NCBI GenBank assembly: GCA_016196035.1 | Contig: JACPYM010000070.1 | Span: 3,334 to 67,333 of the forward strand | DNA from: Acidobacteriota bacterium | GTDB lineage: Bacteria > Acidobacteriota > Blastocatellia > RBC074 | Direction: 5' to 3' | DNA: 64,000 bases | In this document: piece after piece, positions 39,187-48,637 of the stretch | Layout of the letters: each line of letters starts with the position of its first letter | How positions within the stretch are numbered: the first letter of the stretch is position 1 | Notes under the pieces: generated by a model | Told to the model about the DNA's origin: nothing | Seen by the model: only the letters and a program-made list of their open reading frames with translations | Databases searched by the model: none | Translations under genes and position numbers: made by a program

Positions 39187-39367
39187 CTGCCGCTTAGCGG
39201 CAGTTGAATTTAGCCGTGGGTTTTCAACCCACGGATTACAATCGTGTGATCTGCGCGTCGCGTCAGCGACGCCTGAATTCAGGCGTCGCTGACGCGACGC
39301 GCAGCGCAGGCATTTTCTTCCCGGCGTTGAAAACGCCGGGCTAAACTCAGGTCGTCGCTAACGCGAC
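39187..39367. repeat. Composite REP-like element with a central 54-bp perfect palindrome
   Basis: 39251-39304 is a perfect palindrome centred on GAATTC; flanked by hairpins CCGTGGGTTTTCAACCCACGG and CCGGCGTTGAAAACGCCGG. Confidence 0.9.
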
Positions 39368-39505
39368 TGCAAATTCGGCCTTACATCTTTAACACTACCA
39401 AGCTCGAATTGGGTTAAGAGATAAATCGAAATGCAAACGTCAGTAAGGTACAAACAAGTTACAGAGAGGCATTGTTTCTGCTTTGGCATTTCCATTTCAG
39501 CTTTG

Positions 39506-40630
39506 TTAGAGCTTGAAATAACCGGCTGCTGTTGCGAACAGATATTCCAGTTCCTCATCGCTCATCACTGTATGCAACGGCAACGAGACCAGGTTATCTT
39601 TGATGGCGTTCGTGAAGCTCAAATCCTGCTCACGATACCGTCCACGGTAAAATTTCAGGCTGTGGTTGGCCGTGTAGTAGCGGCGGACAGCGATCCCCTT
39701 GTCCTGCATGTAAGCTACAAAAGCAGTCGCCTCCTCATTGAGGATGATCGGGAAATAAAGATACGGGCACTGGACTTCCGCCAGCACCTTCATCGTCTTC
39801 AGCAAGCCCCGGGATTCCAAACCGCTGAAGAATTCGACGTAACGCGCGGCGTTCCGGGCGCGGCTCCGGATGATGAAATCCGCCTTGGCGAGGTTCCGCA
39901 GGCCTACCAGAGCGCAAACCTCGGTCATCTTTGAGTTCAGGCCAGGCACGTCTACATCGCCGCGCACCTTTTCATACTGGCCGAAGTCGCGCAGACGGCG
40001 CAGCAGGTCGTCAATCTCATGATCATTCACGATGTTACAGCCACCCTCCATGCTGTTGAAGATTTTCGTGGCATGGAAGCTGATCATCTCGCTGAAGCCG
40101 TACTCCCAAGCATGTTTGCCCTTAAAACGCGTGCCGAAGGCCGGCGCATTGTCCAAGATGACCGCCAAGTTCTTTTCCCGCGCGATCTGCCGGAGCCTTT
40201 CGAGGTTCACGATATTTCCGTAAGCGCCCACCGGCAGGATCATCCGCACGTCCGGGGAATCCACCAGCGCCTTTTCAATGTCCAGCACCAGGGTTGCATC
40301 TACGTCACAAAAGACCGGGCGCAGATTGTTCATCACTACCGCATTGATCGTGCCGGAAAAGGTGAACGAGGGAACCAGCACCTCGAAGGATTCATGCGGC
40401 CCCACTTTCAGCTTGTGCTTCCAAGCTTGAATCAAGTGGTACAACGCCATCTCTCCGTTACAATTCACAGAGGGCTTGATCTGGCAACCATAAAATTCCT
40501 GGAGCTTGTCTTCAAACATCCTCACATGCGATGAGTTATTTGTGACAAGGCCGCTCTCAAGACATCTGGCAAATTCATCCGCAATCTCTGCAATACCAGG
40601 CATGAAGGGTTTGACGATGTTGATATTCAT
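39506..40630 (-). CDS. DegT/DnrJ/EryC1/StrS sugar aminotransferase (VioA-like)
   Basis: VPSFTF, DNAPAFG, SFHATK (PLP lysine) and GLNSKM motifs. Confidence 0.92.
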   Translation of the reverse strand: MNINIVKPFMPGIAEIADEFARCLESGLVTNNSSHVRMFEDKLQEFYGCQIKPSVNCNGEMALYHLIQAWKHKLKVGPHESFEVLVPSFTFSGTINAVVMNNLRPVFCDVDATLVLDIEKALVDSPDVRMILPVGAYGNIVNLERLRQIAREKNLAVILDNAPAFGTRFKGKHAWEYGFSEMISFHATKIFNSMEGGCNIVNDHEIDDLLRRLRDFGQYEKVRGDVDVPGLNSKMTEVCALVGLRNLAKADFIIRSRARNAARYVEFFSGLESRGLLKTMKVLAEVQCPYLYFPIILNEEATAFVAYMQDKGIAVRRYYTANHSLKFYRGRYREQDLSFTNAIKDNLVSLPLHTVMSDEELEYLFATAAGYFKL

Positions 40631-40887
40631 GAAAAGAAGTCTAGTGCCAGCCGTAAGCGCGCATCGTTATTGCCGAAACCAAAAATAATATCCGTTACAC
40701 GGTATTTGAGATCATCGCCCAACTGTTCGACACCACCAAGAATCACACTGCCACCAAAGGCCTCACCGGCCCGTTGCGGCTGACAATCATCAAGATAGCC
40801 TGAAATTTCATATTCACCAGATTGACGCAAAATATCAGCCACCACCAAGGCGTGCCCTGAAGCTCCTCAGATAATTATTTTATGCAC
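40627..40887 (-). pseudogene. Truncated NeuD/PglD-type acetyltransferase pseudogene
   Basis: Reads GTG-H-K-I-I-I-TGA-G-A-S-G-H-A-L-V-V-A-D, with a stop at 40867-40869 where Trp would fit; ends before any hexapeptide domain. Confidence 0.8.
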
Positions 40888-42031
40888 TGTAAGAAAACGA
40901 ATGCCCCATGCGAAGCAAGGGGCGCTCCAACCAGCGCCACGAAAGGCAGGCCAACACAATTGTTAGAGTTAGCGCCAGCAGTGTCACCAGCAATTCGAGA
41001 AAGTTTGAAATTCGCGGTTCGGCACTAAAGAAATAGCTGTGGCAAAGACCCAAAATCGGCATGTGAATCAGGTATACGCAATAAGAAATCGCCCCCAAGC
41101 TAAGCAAGAACGGCGTTCTCAAAACTACCCCTAGCCATGATTCACGATGGCTTACGGCTAATGCAAGCAAGACCGCGTAAAAAAGCGCAATCCACGTAAA
41201 AGCGACGGCTTTTGTTATCGTGCCAGCCTGTGGGTATTTGATTGTCAGCCAGCCCATGCCGAGTGCCAAAATAACAAAGACTTGATAAAGCAATTGACGA
41301 CGATTCACCACAAACTTCTGAAAATCATTGCGGCGAAATAACCAAGCCACGAGTACGCCTAACATCAAGCTATCAGCCCGCGTTGCTACCATCATTTCTA
41401 CTAATCCATCGCCAGCTATAAAGCCTTGCGCATGCCAACGTGCGAAAGCAAATCGAAAAATTGGCGCAGCGATAATTGAAAAAAGCACAACCCAGAGCAA
41501 TTTACGCTCTGAGAAGGTCCGGACAAGAAATGGCAAGATAAAATAAAATTGCTCTTCAATCGCCAGCGACCAAGTAGGCGCAAGCCACAGCGCCCAGAAG
41601 CTGCGGCTATCGAAATAGAAGTTCTGTGTAAATGTCAGATAAGACCAAAGTGGCGCGGGGTTTTTGAAAAGCCAATATGAAAGCGATGTGCCGAATATAA
41701 ACAAGAGCACGAAAAACAAGATGATATTCAGGTAATACAATGGAAAGATTCGGCAAATTCGCCGGACATAAAAAGCTCGATAATAATTGGGCGAAGCTGC
41801 CTGCCGGAGCAAAATTCCGCCAATGAGAAAACCAGAAAGCACGAAAAATAAGTCAACGCCCGTCCACGTCAGACGAAAGCAAGCCAGCACGTATGCTCCA
41901 GGTGAGCCAGGTTGAAATTTAATAGCACCCACGAAATAATGTAAAAGTAGAATCAGCAAAATCGCCAAGCCGCGTAAGCCATCCAGCTCCGTAATTCTCA
42001 GCGCGTTTTCTGACTCAGCCTTTTGCGTCAT
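40880..42031 (-). CDS. Acyltransferase family 3 (OafA-like O-acyltransferase)
   Basis: LDGLRG, GVDLFFVLSGFLI, RRICRIFP, WSLAIEEQFY and SYCVYLIH motifs. Confidence 0.93.
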   Translation of the reverse strand: MTQKAESENALRITELDGLRGLAILLILLLHYFVGAIKFQPGSPGAYVLACFRLTWTGVDLFFVLSGFLIGGILLRQAASPNYYRAFYVRRICRIFPLYYLNIILFFVLLFIFGTSLSYWLFKNPAPLWSYLTFTQNFYFDSRSFWALWLAPTWSLAIEEQFYFILPFLVRTFSERKLLWVVLFSIIAAPIFRFAFARWHAQGFIAGDGLVEMMVATRADSLMLGVLVAWLFRRNDFQKFVVNRRQLLYQVFVILALGMGWLTIKYPQAGTITKAVAFTWIALFYAVLLALAVSHRESWLGVVLRTPFLLSLGAISYCVYLIHMPILGLCHSYFFSAEPRISNFLELLVTLLALTLTIVLACLSWRWLERPLLRMGHSFSYSA

Positions 42032-42041
42032 CAGCAATGAT

Positions 42042-43007
42042 TCAGATAACCGCCGCCGACTGCTGGGATCGTCTCAATTGGCGGCGCAACATCTCAGGCA
42101 GACACGAACGATACAGTTGGCCGAAGCGCTCGGCTTGTTCCTGTCCAAAATTTCGCGCAATAAAACGGTAGTATTTTCGCTCGCGCTCGTATTCAGGCGG
42201 GCCAAGCTTTTTGGCTAACGCAAAAGCCCGACGCGCGGCAGATTTGGCATTATTCCTGAATAACATCGAACCTGCTCTAGCCGCGGCTTCGGCCAAGTCA
42301 AAGCGATATTTTTCAGGCAATTCATCGGCAAGCTTAGTAATTGCCTCAACCGCCGAGCCCCATACCTCTGCCTGTTTTTTACTACGGCTGTTAGAGCGCA
42401 ATCTGATGTGAATAAGCGGTTCGTCTATGACCGCAATTGACGGGTCGGTCGCAGCAAGGCGGACATGAAAATCATAATCTTCCGACTGCCAAAGGTCTTT
42501 TCGGTAGCCACCAATTACCTGTATCTTGCTTCTTAAATATGTTCCGGCAGGAACAAGAATCGCTCCCTGAATTGCCTGCCTGACCCAATCAGTTACGCCA
42601 GTGCGTTTGTTTAATTCAAGCACTCGCTCACAGGCAAGCTCACCATTTTGATAAGAAGAAATTTCCGTCAATATCCATTCCGCTTGCGTTGCCTCGATGG
42701 CTTGGCTGACCCGTAAACACCAATCCGGGTGAAATAAATCGTCTGCATCTTGAAAATGAATGTAATCTGACTGACTTTCTTGTAACAGGATATTTCGTCC
42801 GTAAGACGGCCCGCGATTAATACTTCCCCGAATCACTTTGGCTGGGCATCGAAGTGGTAGATATTGTTCAGCCGCAGCAGTTGAGGCATCGTCATAAATC
42901 AAAATCTCATCAACCTGGCAAGTTTGTTTGAGCAAAGACTCAAGGAATTCTGTTAATAACTCTTTTTCGTTATAATAGGTTATCAATACCCCAATCGTTC
43001 TTTTCAT
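42042..43007 (-). CDS. Glycosyltransferase family 2
   Basis: ITYYN, DDAS, DADD and SEDYDF motifs; ATGA overlap with the upstream gene. Confidence 0.88.
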   Translation of the reverse strand: MKRTIGVLITYYNEKELLTEFLESLLKQTCQVDEILIYDDASTAAAEQYLPLRCPAKVIRGSINRGPSYGRNILLQESQSDYIHFQDADDLFHPDWCLRVSQAIEATQAEWILTEISSYQNGELACERVLELNKRTGVTDWVRQAIQGAILVPAGTYLRSKIQVIGGYRKDLWQSEDYDFHVRLAATDPSIAVIDEPLIHIRLRSNSRSKKQAEVWGSAVEAITKLADELPEKYRFDLAEAAARAGSMLFRNNAKSAARRAFALAKKLGPPEYERERKYYRFIARNFGQEQAERFGQLYRSCLPEMLRRQLRRSQQSAAVI

Positions 43008-44083
43008 GAGCAACCCAACATAATACCAGTGATGTAAACACAAGCAAGAAAACGTATTTGAGGGTATTTGCGCTCAATTTCTAAAATAGCAGTACGATAT
43101 TGAAAAGGGCGCTTTATCATCCCTAATAAACGTCCTACAAAAAACTCTATGCCAAGCAATTGACTGTCCCCTTCCCCCCTCGAAAACAAAAACCGTGGAA
43201 GTATTCTTATCGTTTTAGCAAGACTCCTTATCACATTGATCAACTGCCAAGCCCAGGTTTTCTTTATGTGACCTAGTGAGCTTTCCGTTCGGTAATACCC
43301 GAAACGAAATAGATATGGGTCGAGCAAAACTGACGACGCGCCAAAGCCACGATGCAACCGTCGCAAATACTCCCAAGATAATCGTGAATCAGGTAAAAAA
43401 TGCTGAAACCTCAAACGAGAGTCATACCATAATTTCCAACCAGCTAATCTTAGTGCATAGCTTAACTCAGTATCGCCACCAGAGATTAACTGATCCCCCT
43501 TTCTATCAGAGCATAAGTGAGCGAACCCTTTCTCAAGAATGTCTGCCCATGCTTGTTTTCTCAACGTCAATCCGGCCCCCCATAAGCCTTTAGATGTATG
43601 AATCTCGCCAGTCTGCTCTGCTTGCGAGCCTACTGCGTAACTTCCTTTCACTCGGTCAAACCATTCCGGCAATGGCATGTTAGAGACTGGTTCACTAAAT
43701 CCGCCGCAAGCCCCAATCATTGGATTGGATGACATTACCTCAGTAACAATCGCTACCCAATCATCACAAACCCAATTATCATCATCAATGAAACTAACAA
43801 GCTCATATTTCGATTCTGCTATGCCGCGCAATCGTGCTTGACTCAACCCCGGTGAAGGCTCTCGAACCACTCTCATTTCCAAACGAGAATCTTTAGACCA
43901 ACACCTGTAGGCGACTTCAGTAGTGTCATCTTGAGAGGCGTTATCTACTACTATGACCTCGCAATGAACCTGTTCAGGGATGTTTTGAGATTTAATGAAA
44001 GACAAAGTTGCTGATAAACGAGAGCTACTATTGTAACAACAAATAACTATGCTCACGCCAAGAATATCGCTTTGATTATACAT
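43004..44083 (-). CDS. Glycosyltransferase family 2
   Basis: VICCYN, VDNAS, FIDDDN and GGDTE motifs. Confidence 0.9.
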   Translation of the reverse strand: MYNQSDILGVSIVICCYNSSSRLSATLSFIKSQNIPEQVHCEVIVVDNASQDDTTEVAYRCWSKDSRLEMRVVREPSPGLSQARLRGIAESKYELVSFIDDDNWVCDDWVAIVTEVMSSNPMIGACGGFSEPVSNMPLPEWFDRVKGSYAVGSQAEQTGEIHTSKGLWGAGLTLRKQAWADILEKGFAHLCSDRKGDQLISGGDTELSYALRLAGWKLWYDSRLRFQHFLPDSRLSWEYLRRLHRGFGASSVLLDPYLFRFGYYRTESSLGHIKKTWAWQLINVIRSLAKTIRILPRFLFSRGEGDSQLLGIEFFVGRLLGMIKRPFQYRTAILEIERKYPQIRFLACVYITGIMLGCS

Positions 44084-44118
44084 TGCATTCAAATTCTCAC
44101 CATTACATCTCGGCAAGA

Positions 44119-44898
44119 TTAGTTATTTACCTGAATACCTTTTTCGCTTCTTTTCCCAGCTCGTTTCATTTTCATTGTCCAGGCTGCCAAGAGAGTCTTG
44201 AAATACCAGCTAACAGGTTGTGATCCATTTTCAACTTGAACAAGCCATTTTTCTTGATGTGCCTGACTCTGCCCCAAACTCATCCACGGAAACATTTCAG
44301 GGTGAATGATCGACTGAATTCGTTCTTCTTTACCAGCAGCATTTTGTGACCTTGTCGCGTAAAATAAGTTCTGACGATACCAAGGCTCAATACTTTGTAC
44401 ACTCCATATAAGCCTTCGCGGCCATTCATCACAAACATAGCCTTCATTGTTAAATAAAGCTTGCCAATAATCAGGCCATTGGCAATTAATATGGTTTTGT
44501 CCAGGCTGTCCTGGACAGGCGGCTGAAAAAAAAACTCTATCAGAATGCGCTGTTAACGTCTTTATTAAATTGGGCGCATGCATATCACCAATATGCTCAG
44601 CGACCTCAAGGCACAATGCAACATCAAATTTTCGTCCCAACTCCCACTGACACCTCAAGTCCTTTTGTAAAACTAAATGGCTAGCGACGTGTAGCTTGCC
44701 TCGGTCTACTAATTTTCCATCCACACCGACAACATCGCTTATGCCTATTAATTGAGCAGCCTGCAACCAAGTTCCCGTTCCGCAACCAACATCTAGCAAA
44801 CTTCGGTATTGTCCAGTTTCGAATATAAGTTTTAACGTGGACTCGGCTCCATTAATGGTATGCAAGTTGGAGTCGTGCTCGTAATTAATTTCCATCAT
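44119..44898 (-). CDS. Class I SAM-dependent methyltransferase
   Basis: LDVGCGTG, CLEVAEH, FSAA.PGQ.G..HIN and WYRQN motifs. Confidence 0.88.
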   Translation of the reverse strand: MMEINYEHDSNLHTINGAESTLKLIFETGQYRSLLDVGCGTGTWLQAAQLIGISDVVGVDGKLVDRGKLHVASHLVLQKDLRCQWELGRKFDVALCLEVAEHIGDMHAPNLIKTLTAHSDRVFFSAACPGQPGQNHINCQWPDYWQALFNNEGYVCDEWPRRLIWSVQSIEPWYRQNLFYATRSQNAAGKEERIQSIIHPEMFPWMSLGQSQAHQEKWLVQVENGSQPVSWYFKTLLAAWTMKMKRAGKRSEKGIQVNN

Positions 44899-45579
44899 TC
44901 ATTGCTTCTCAATATAACAGACTCCCGCAAATGACTTTATTCTCTCAGCGAAAGAATTTTTACTTAAAAAATCATGAACAGCACGACTGCATCCATCCCA
45001 AGTATAATAATCATCAAGAATAACCACCCCACCTGGAGCCACCTGACAAAATAGATTATCCAAACAAATCATTGTAGATTCATACCAATCTGCGTCTAAA
45101 CGCAGCAATGCGATTTTCTCTTGAAGTTTATAGCCTGGGATAGTGTCAACAAACCAGCCTTTGACTAACTCATACTTTTTGACGCGACAGGCTTTCATCA
45201 CTTCATCAGCGTATTCAGGCTCAGCCTTGCAGTTATCGAAATAGTACTCGCCAACTTTATTATTCTGCCAAGCAATCGCTGCCTCTCCATCTATTTTCTG
45301 CGCAACTGGCAAACCTTCAAAACTATCAAAAAGAAAATATTCTCTCTCTGCACCTAATATCTTAGATACACCTGCAATCATTCCCCCGCGCCAAACACCG
45401 CACTCAACAACGCATCCTTGTATTGCTTTGAAACCGTCTGCTATTTTCAAATTTGCAATATAATATGACTCAGGAATCATCGTATAATTCTGAAATTCCC
45501 TGTAAATTGCTTGATTGTGACCTCTTTCGATTTTCTCGCGTACAATGCTTTTCGCTCTCTGCATTATATTTATTCCCAT
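44899..45579 (-). CDS. TylF/MycF-family O-methyltransferase
   Basis: VECGVWRGG, FDSFEGLP, KGWF, LRLDADWYES and LDDY motifs. Confidence 0.92.
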   Translation of the reverse strand: MGINIMQRAKSIVREKIERGHNQAIYREFQNYTMIPESYYIANLKIADGFKAIQGCVVECGVWRGGMIAGVSKILGAEREYFLFDSFEGLPVAQKIDGEAAIAWQNNKVGEYYFDNCKAEPEYADEVMKACRVKKYELVKGWFVDTIPGYKLQEKIALLRLDADWYESTMICLDNLFCQVAPGGVVILDDYYTWDGCSRAVHDFLSKNSFAERIKSFAGVCYIEKQ

Positions 45580-45594
45580 ATAAACTTTCAGCGG

Positions 45595-46836
45595 CTAACT
45601 AGCAGAATAACTATAGCTAGATTTCGGCACAATATAACCATGGTCTGCTGTATATGGGAAAACGCGCCCTTTTGTCGGTGGCGTAATGATATTAACAGAG
45701 GCAGCATTTTCAACGTAGTCGTAGGTTAATGTATTGTGTGACCCAATCCAGAAATTCAAGAAATAAGTTAAGGGAATCATCGGTGGCAAGAACACACTCA
45801 AGCTAACATTGTGCCTGCCTGGCTGACCACAGATGAAGGGTGTTGGAGATGGCAGTGCTTGCATAACTGACGCTTGCATTGCGTTGCAAATATCTATGGC
45901 AATAAAAGCATCAGCGCAACTTTCTAGGCATGATATTTCGATCTCACAACTTAACACATAATTTGACTGATCTTCTAATAACGTAACTTCAATTGATTCA
46001 AAGTACATTGGGGTTATTAGATCTGCTTTCGTGTTTGCCTTAACCCAGGACCTTTCAACTTGCGTGCGCTCAGAATAAACTTGAATGGCTTTAGAAATGC
46101 CGCCATTAAAAACAACTTGCCCTTCATTTAAAACGACTCCCCTTTCGCAAAGTGTTTGCATCGCTTGGAGATTATGACTAACAAATAGTATTGTTCTTCC
46201 GCCTCGTGCTACATCTGACATCTTGCCCAAACATTTCTTTTGGAACTCAGCATCACCGACGGCCAGCACTTCATCCACAACTAAAATCTCCGGCTCCAAA
46301 TGCGCTGCCACAGCAAACGCCAGCCGCATATACATCCCGCTGCTATACCGTTTGACCGGCGTATCAAGAAACTTTTCGATCTCGGCAAACGCCACAATCT
46401 CGTCAAACTTGCGTGCGACTTCGAGGCGTGACATGCCCAGGATCGCGCCATTCAAATAGATATTCTCGCGCCCAGTCAGTTCCGGGTGAAAGCCGGTGCC
46501 GACTTCCAACAAGCTGGCGATGCGGCCTTTGATTGAAACGCGGCCTGTGGTTGGTTCGGTGATACGGCTCAGGATTTTGAGCAGGGTAGATTTGCCCGCG
46601 CCGTTGCGTCCGATGATGCCGACGACTTCGCCTTGTTCAATTTCAAAGGAAACATCTTTGAGCGCCCAGAAATCTTCTTCTGAAGGGGACTGGGAGTTAG
46701 GGGCTAGGGACTGGGAGCGAAAGAGCGATTTAGCGCGGTTCGCAATGACATCGCGCAAGGCCGTATAGCGTTCGCGTTGCTGGTGCTGGATGCGGTACTT
46801 TTTGCCTAGATTTTCGACGCGGATTACGACTGACAC
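45595..46836 (-). CDS. wzt: Polysaccharide ABC exporter ATP-binding subunit with C-terminal domain
   Basis: GRNGAGKST, YSSGM, VDEVLAVGD and VSH motifs; about 150-aa C-terminal extension. Confidence 0.95.
   Translation of the reverse strand: MSVVIRVENLGKKYRIQHQQRERYTALRDVIANRAKSLFRSQSLAPNSQSPSEEDFWALKDVSFEIEQGEVVGIIGRNGAGKSTLLKILSRITEPTTGRVSIKGRIASLLEVGTGFHPELTGRENIYLNGAILGMSRLEVARKFDEIVAFAEIEKFLDTPVKRYSSGMYMRLAFAVAAHLEPEILVVDEVLAVGDAEFQKKCLGKMSDVARGGRTILFVSHNLQAMQTLCERGVVLNEGQVVFNGGISKAIQVYSERTQVERSWVKANTKADLITPMYFESIEVTLLEDQSNYVLSCEIEISCLESCADAFIAIDICNAMQASVMQALPSPTPFICGQPGRHNVSLSVFLPPMIPLTYFLNFWIGSHNTLTYDYVENAASVNIITPPTKGRVFPYTADHGYIVPKSSYSYSAS
46685..46719 (+). repeat. Degenerate heptamer repeat inside wzt
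   Basis: GGGGACT-GGGAGTT-AGGGGCT-AGGGACT-GGGAGCG; encodes SQSLAPNSQSP. Confidence 0.7.
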
Positions 46837-46884
46837 AAATGATAGTTGAGAATCGTGATAAAACTTTCAGGGCCGAACAATTTA

Positions 46885-46967
46885 GCCACAGAAGTACAGA
46901 GACACAGAGCTTTTCAGCGTGTTGGCACCGTTCTCCGTCTTCCTTCGTGTCTCTGTGCCTCTGTGGC
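46885..46967. repeat. GCCACAGAG-type palindromic element, copy 2
   Basis: GCCACAGAAGTACAGAGACACAGAG ... CGTGTCTCTGTGCCTCTGTGGC. Confidence 0.8.
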
Positions 46968-47070
46968 AAATCTTCGCGTAGAGATTTCAGCCGGACAGCA
47001 AAGATGGCAGGCAGGAATGAAAAGCGGTGATAAATCCTTGCACTCCAAATATCGCCTCATTGCAACATTG

Positions 47071-48027
47071 TTAGGTAAGTTTATACGCAGCGCGCATCCA
47101 ATCAGCGGTGATTTGCATACCCGCTTCCAAGCTATAGGAATTCTGATGGCCCAAATCGCGAACGGATTTGCTGGTATCCACCAGCTTTTTCGTCGTCGTT
47201 AGTATCTCTGCTTCTTTGTAACGAACCAGGCCCGCATCAGCGCCTGTTACTTTTAGGATGACGTCTGAAAGCTCTTCGATGGAATGCAACTGATTGCCAC
47301 CAATGTTATAGGTTTCCCCGGGCTTAAAATTATCAACGATATTCGCCAGCGTTCTGACTGTATCGGCTAAGTATGTTGAAGTGCGCGCGTGACCCCGGTA
47401 TACCGTCCAAGGCAATCCGTGCAAGGCGCAATACAAAAAGCGACAATTGACTGAGCGATAAGGGCTGTAATACTCACCCGGCCCATAGGTATTGAATAAC
47501 CGCACGACGACAGATTCGGTTTTGTATTGAATCGCTGAGTTACGAATTTGCATTTCGTTGACCCATTTGGTCATCGCATAATCATTCATCTGTTTGATTT
47601 CATGATCATCCATCACCGATTCCACCATGAGGTTGGGCCAATCGCCATAAACCTCAGAGGAAGAGAAATGAATCAGGCGAAAGCCGAGACGCTCTTGCAA
47701 CCGGATGATGTTTTTGGCGCCAATGGCATTGGTTTGCCAGAGTGTTTCATAGAAATCTTCGCCATTCCAGCGGCCAAATTCGGCGGCGCAGTTATAAACA
47801 TAATCAAACGGCCCCAGCACTTCGATAACACGTTCGATCTGGCGAAACTCGCCAATGTCGCACCGCGCATACAACGGCGCGGCTAAATCGGAACCCAGCG
47901 TAAAGCCGATTTCATCTGCGTCGTGGCGCGTATCACAAGAAACCACATGATGCCCACGGGATCGCAATTCCTTTATTAGGCCCGCGCCCACAGTACCTAA
48001 ACCACCGGTAACGAGAATTCTACGCAT
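47071..48027 (-). CDS. NAD-dependent epimerase/dehydratase
   Basis: TGGLGTVG, SSSEVYG, YAMTK and RLFNTYGPGE motifs. Confidence 0.9.
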   Translation of the reverse strand: MRRILVTGGLGTVGAGLIKELRSRGHHVVSCDTRHDADEIGFTLGSDLAAPLYARCDIGEFRQIERVIEVLGPFDYVYNCAAEFGRWNGEDFYETLWQTNAIGAKNIIRLQERLGFRLIHFSSSEVYGDWPNLMVESVMDDHEIKQMNDYAMTKWVNEMQIRNSAIQYKTESVVVRLFNTYGPGEYYSPYRSVNCRFLYCALHGLPWTVYRGHARTSTYLADTVRTLANIVDNFKPGETYNIGGNQLHSIEELSDVILKVTGADAGLVRYKEAEILTTTKKLVDTSKSVRDLGHQNSYSLEAGMQITADWMRAAYKLT

Positions 48028-48090
48028 CTATTATTTCTTAGGATTAATTGCCTTGTTGCGAATACGTATTTATAAAGCAAGAACAAAAAA

Positions 48091-48366
48091 CTAAGCTGCT
48101 AACAAGGGGATTAATTCATTAGGCTGAACGGGAGGGATATTCTTTTGCGAAAGAATTTGATTTAGTTCTTGTAACATAGCGCTAATCTGATCAGGCGCTA
48201 AAAACTCTATCCCAATCGGTTGCCCATCGCTACCGTAATCAATCAATATCCCTTCACCGTGGCGTTCAGTCCGCTGACTTTTTTCACCTGGCTTACGCTG
48301 AAGATAAAAGTAAGCTGCCATCACTTTACCTTTGCGAAAAGTAACATCCAAATAACGGTGTTTCAT
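48091..48366 (-). CDS. DUF2283-like protein, putative antitoxin
   Basis: AAYFYL...GILIDYGSDGQPIGIEF. Confidence 0.8.
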   Translation of the reverse strand: MKHRYLDVTFRKGKVMAAYFYLQRKPGEKSQRTERHGEGILIDYGSDGQPIGIEFLAPDQISAMLQELNQILSQKNIPPVQPNELIPLLAA

Positions 48367-48370
48367 CTCA

Positions 48371-48628
48371 TTAATCCAGTGGGTAAGCTGTTATAACAAT
48401 CAACAGATGCGCATCATGGTCAGGTTCGACAATCACTTCCCAATGACGACGTTGATGCTTGGTTTTGATTACCCAGCGGCCTTCGACCACATTTTTGCGA
48501 TAGCCGCTGGCTTTTTCAAGCATAGCCCGTAAATCAACTTCATTGAAATCCCGGTCAATCATCCGCTCTTCCAGGTGTGGCGTTAACTCTAGCTCCCATT
48601 CCCACCACGCGGGCCAATTGGCAGGCAT
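48371..48628 (-). CDS. DUF4258-like protein, putative toxin
   Basis: LTPHLEERMIDRDF...WEVIVEPD...LIVITAYP. Confidence 0.8.
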   Translation of the reverse strand: MPANWPAWWEWELELTPHLEERMIDRDFNEVDLRAMLEKASGYRKNVVEGRWVIKTKHQRRHWEVIVEPDHDAHLLIVITAYPLD

Positions 48629-48637
48629 TTCAAATCC

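Noticed and set aside
40867..40869. TGA recoding (Trp or Sec)
   Set aside because: TGA terminates many genes here and the ORF is also truncated, so a nonsense mutation is simpler
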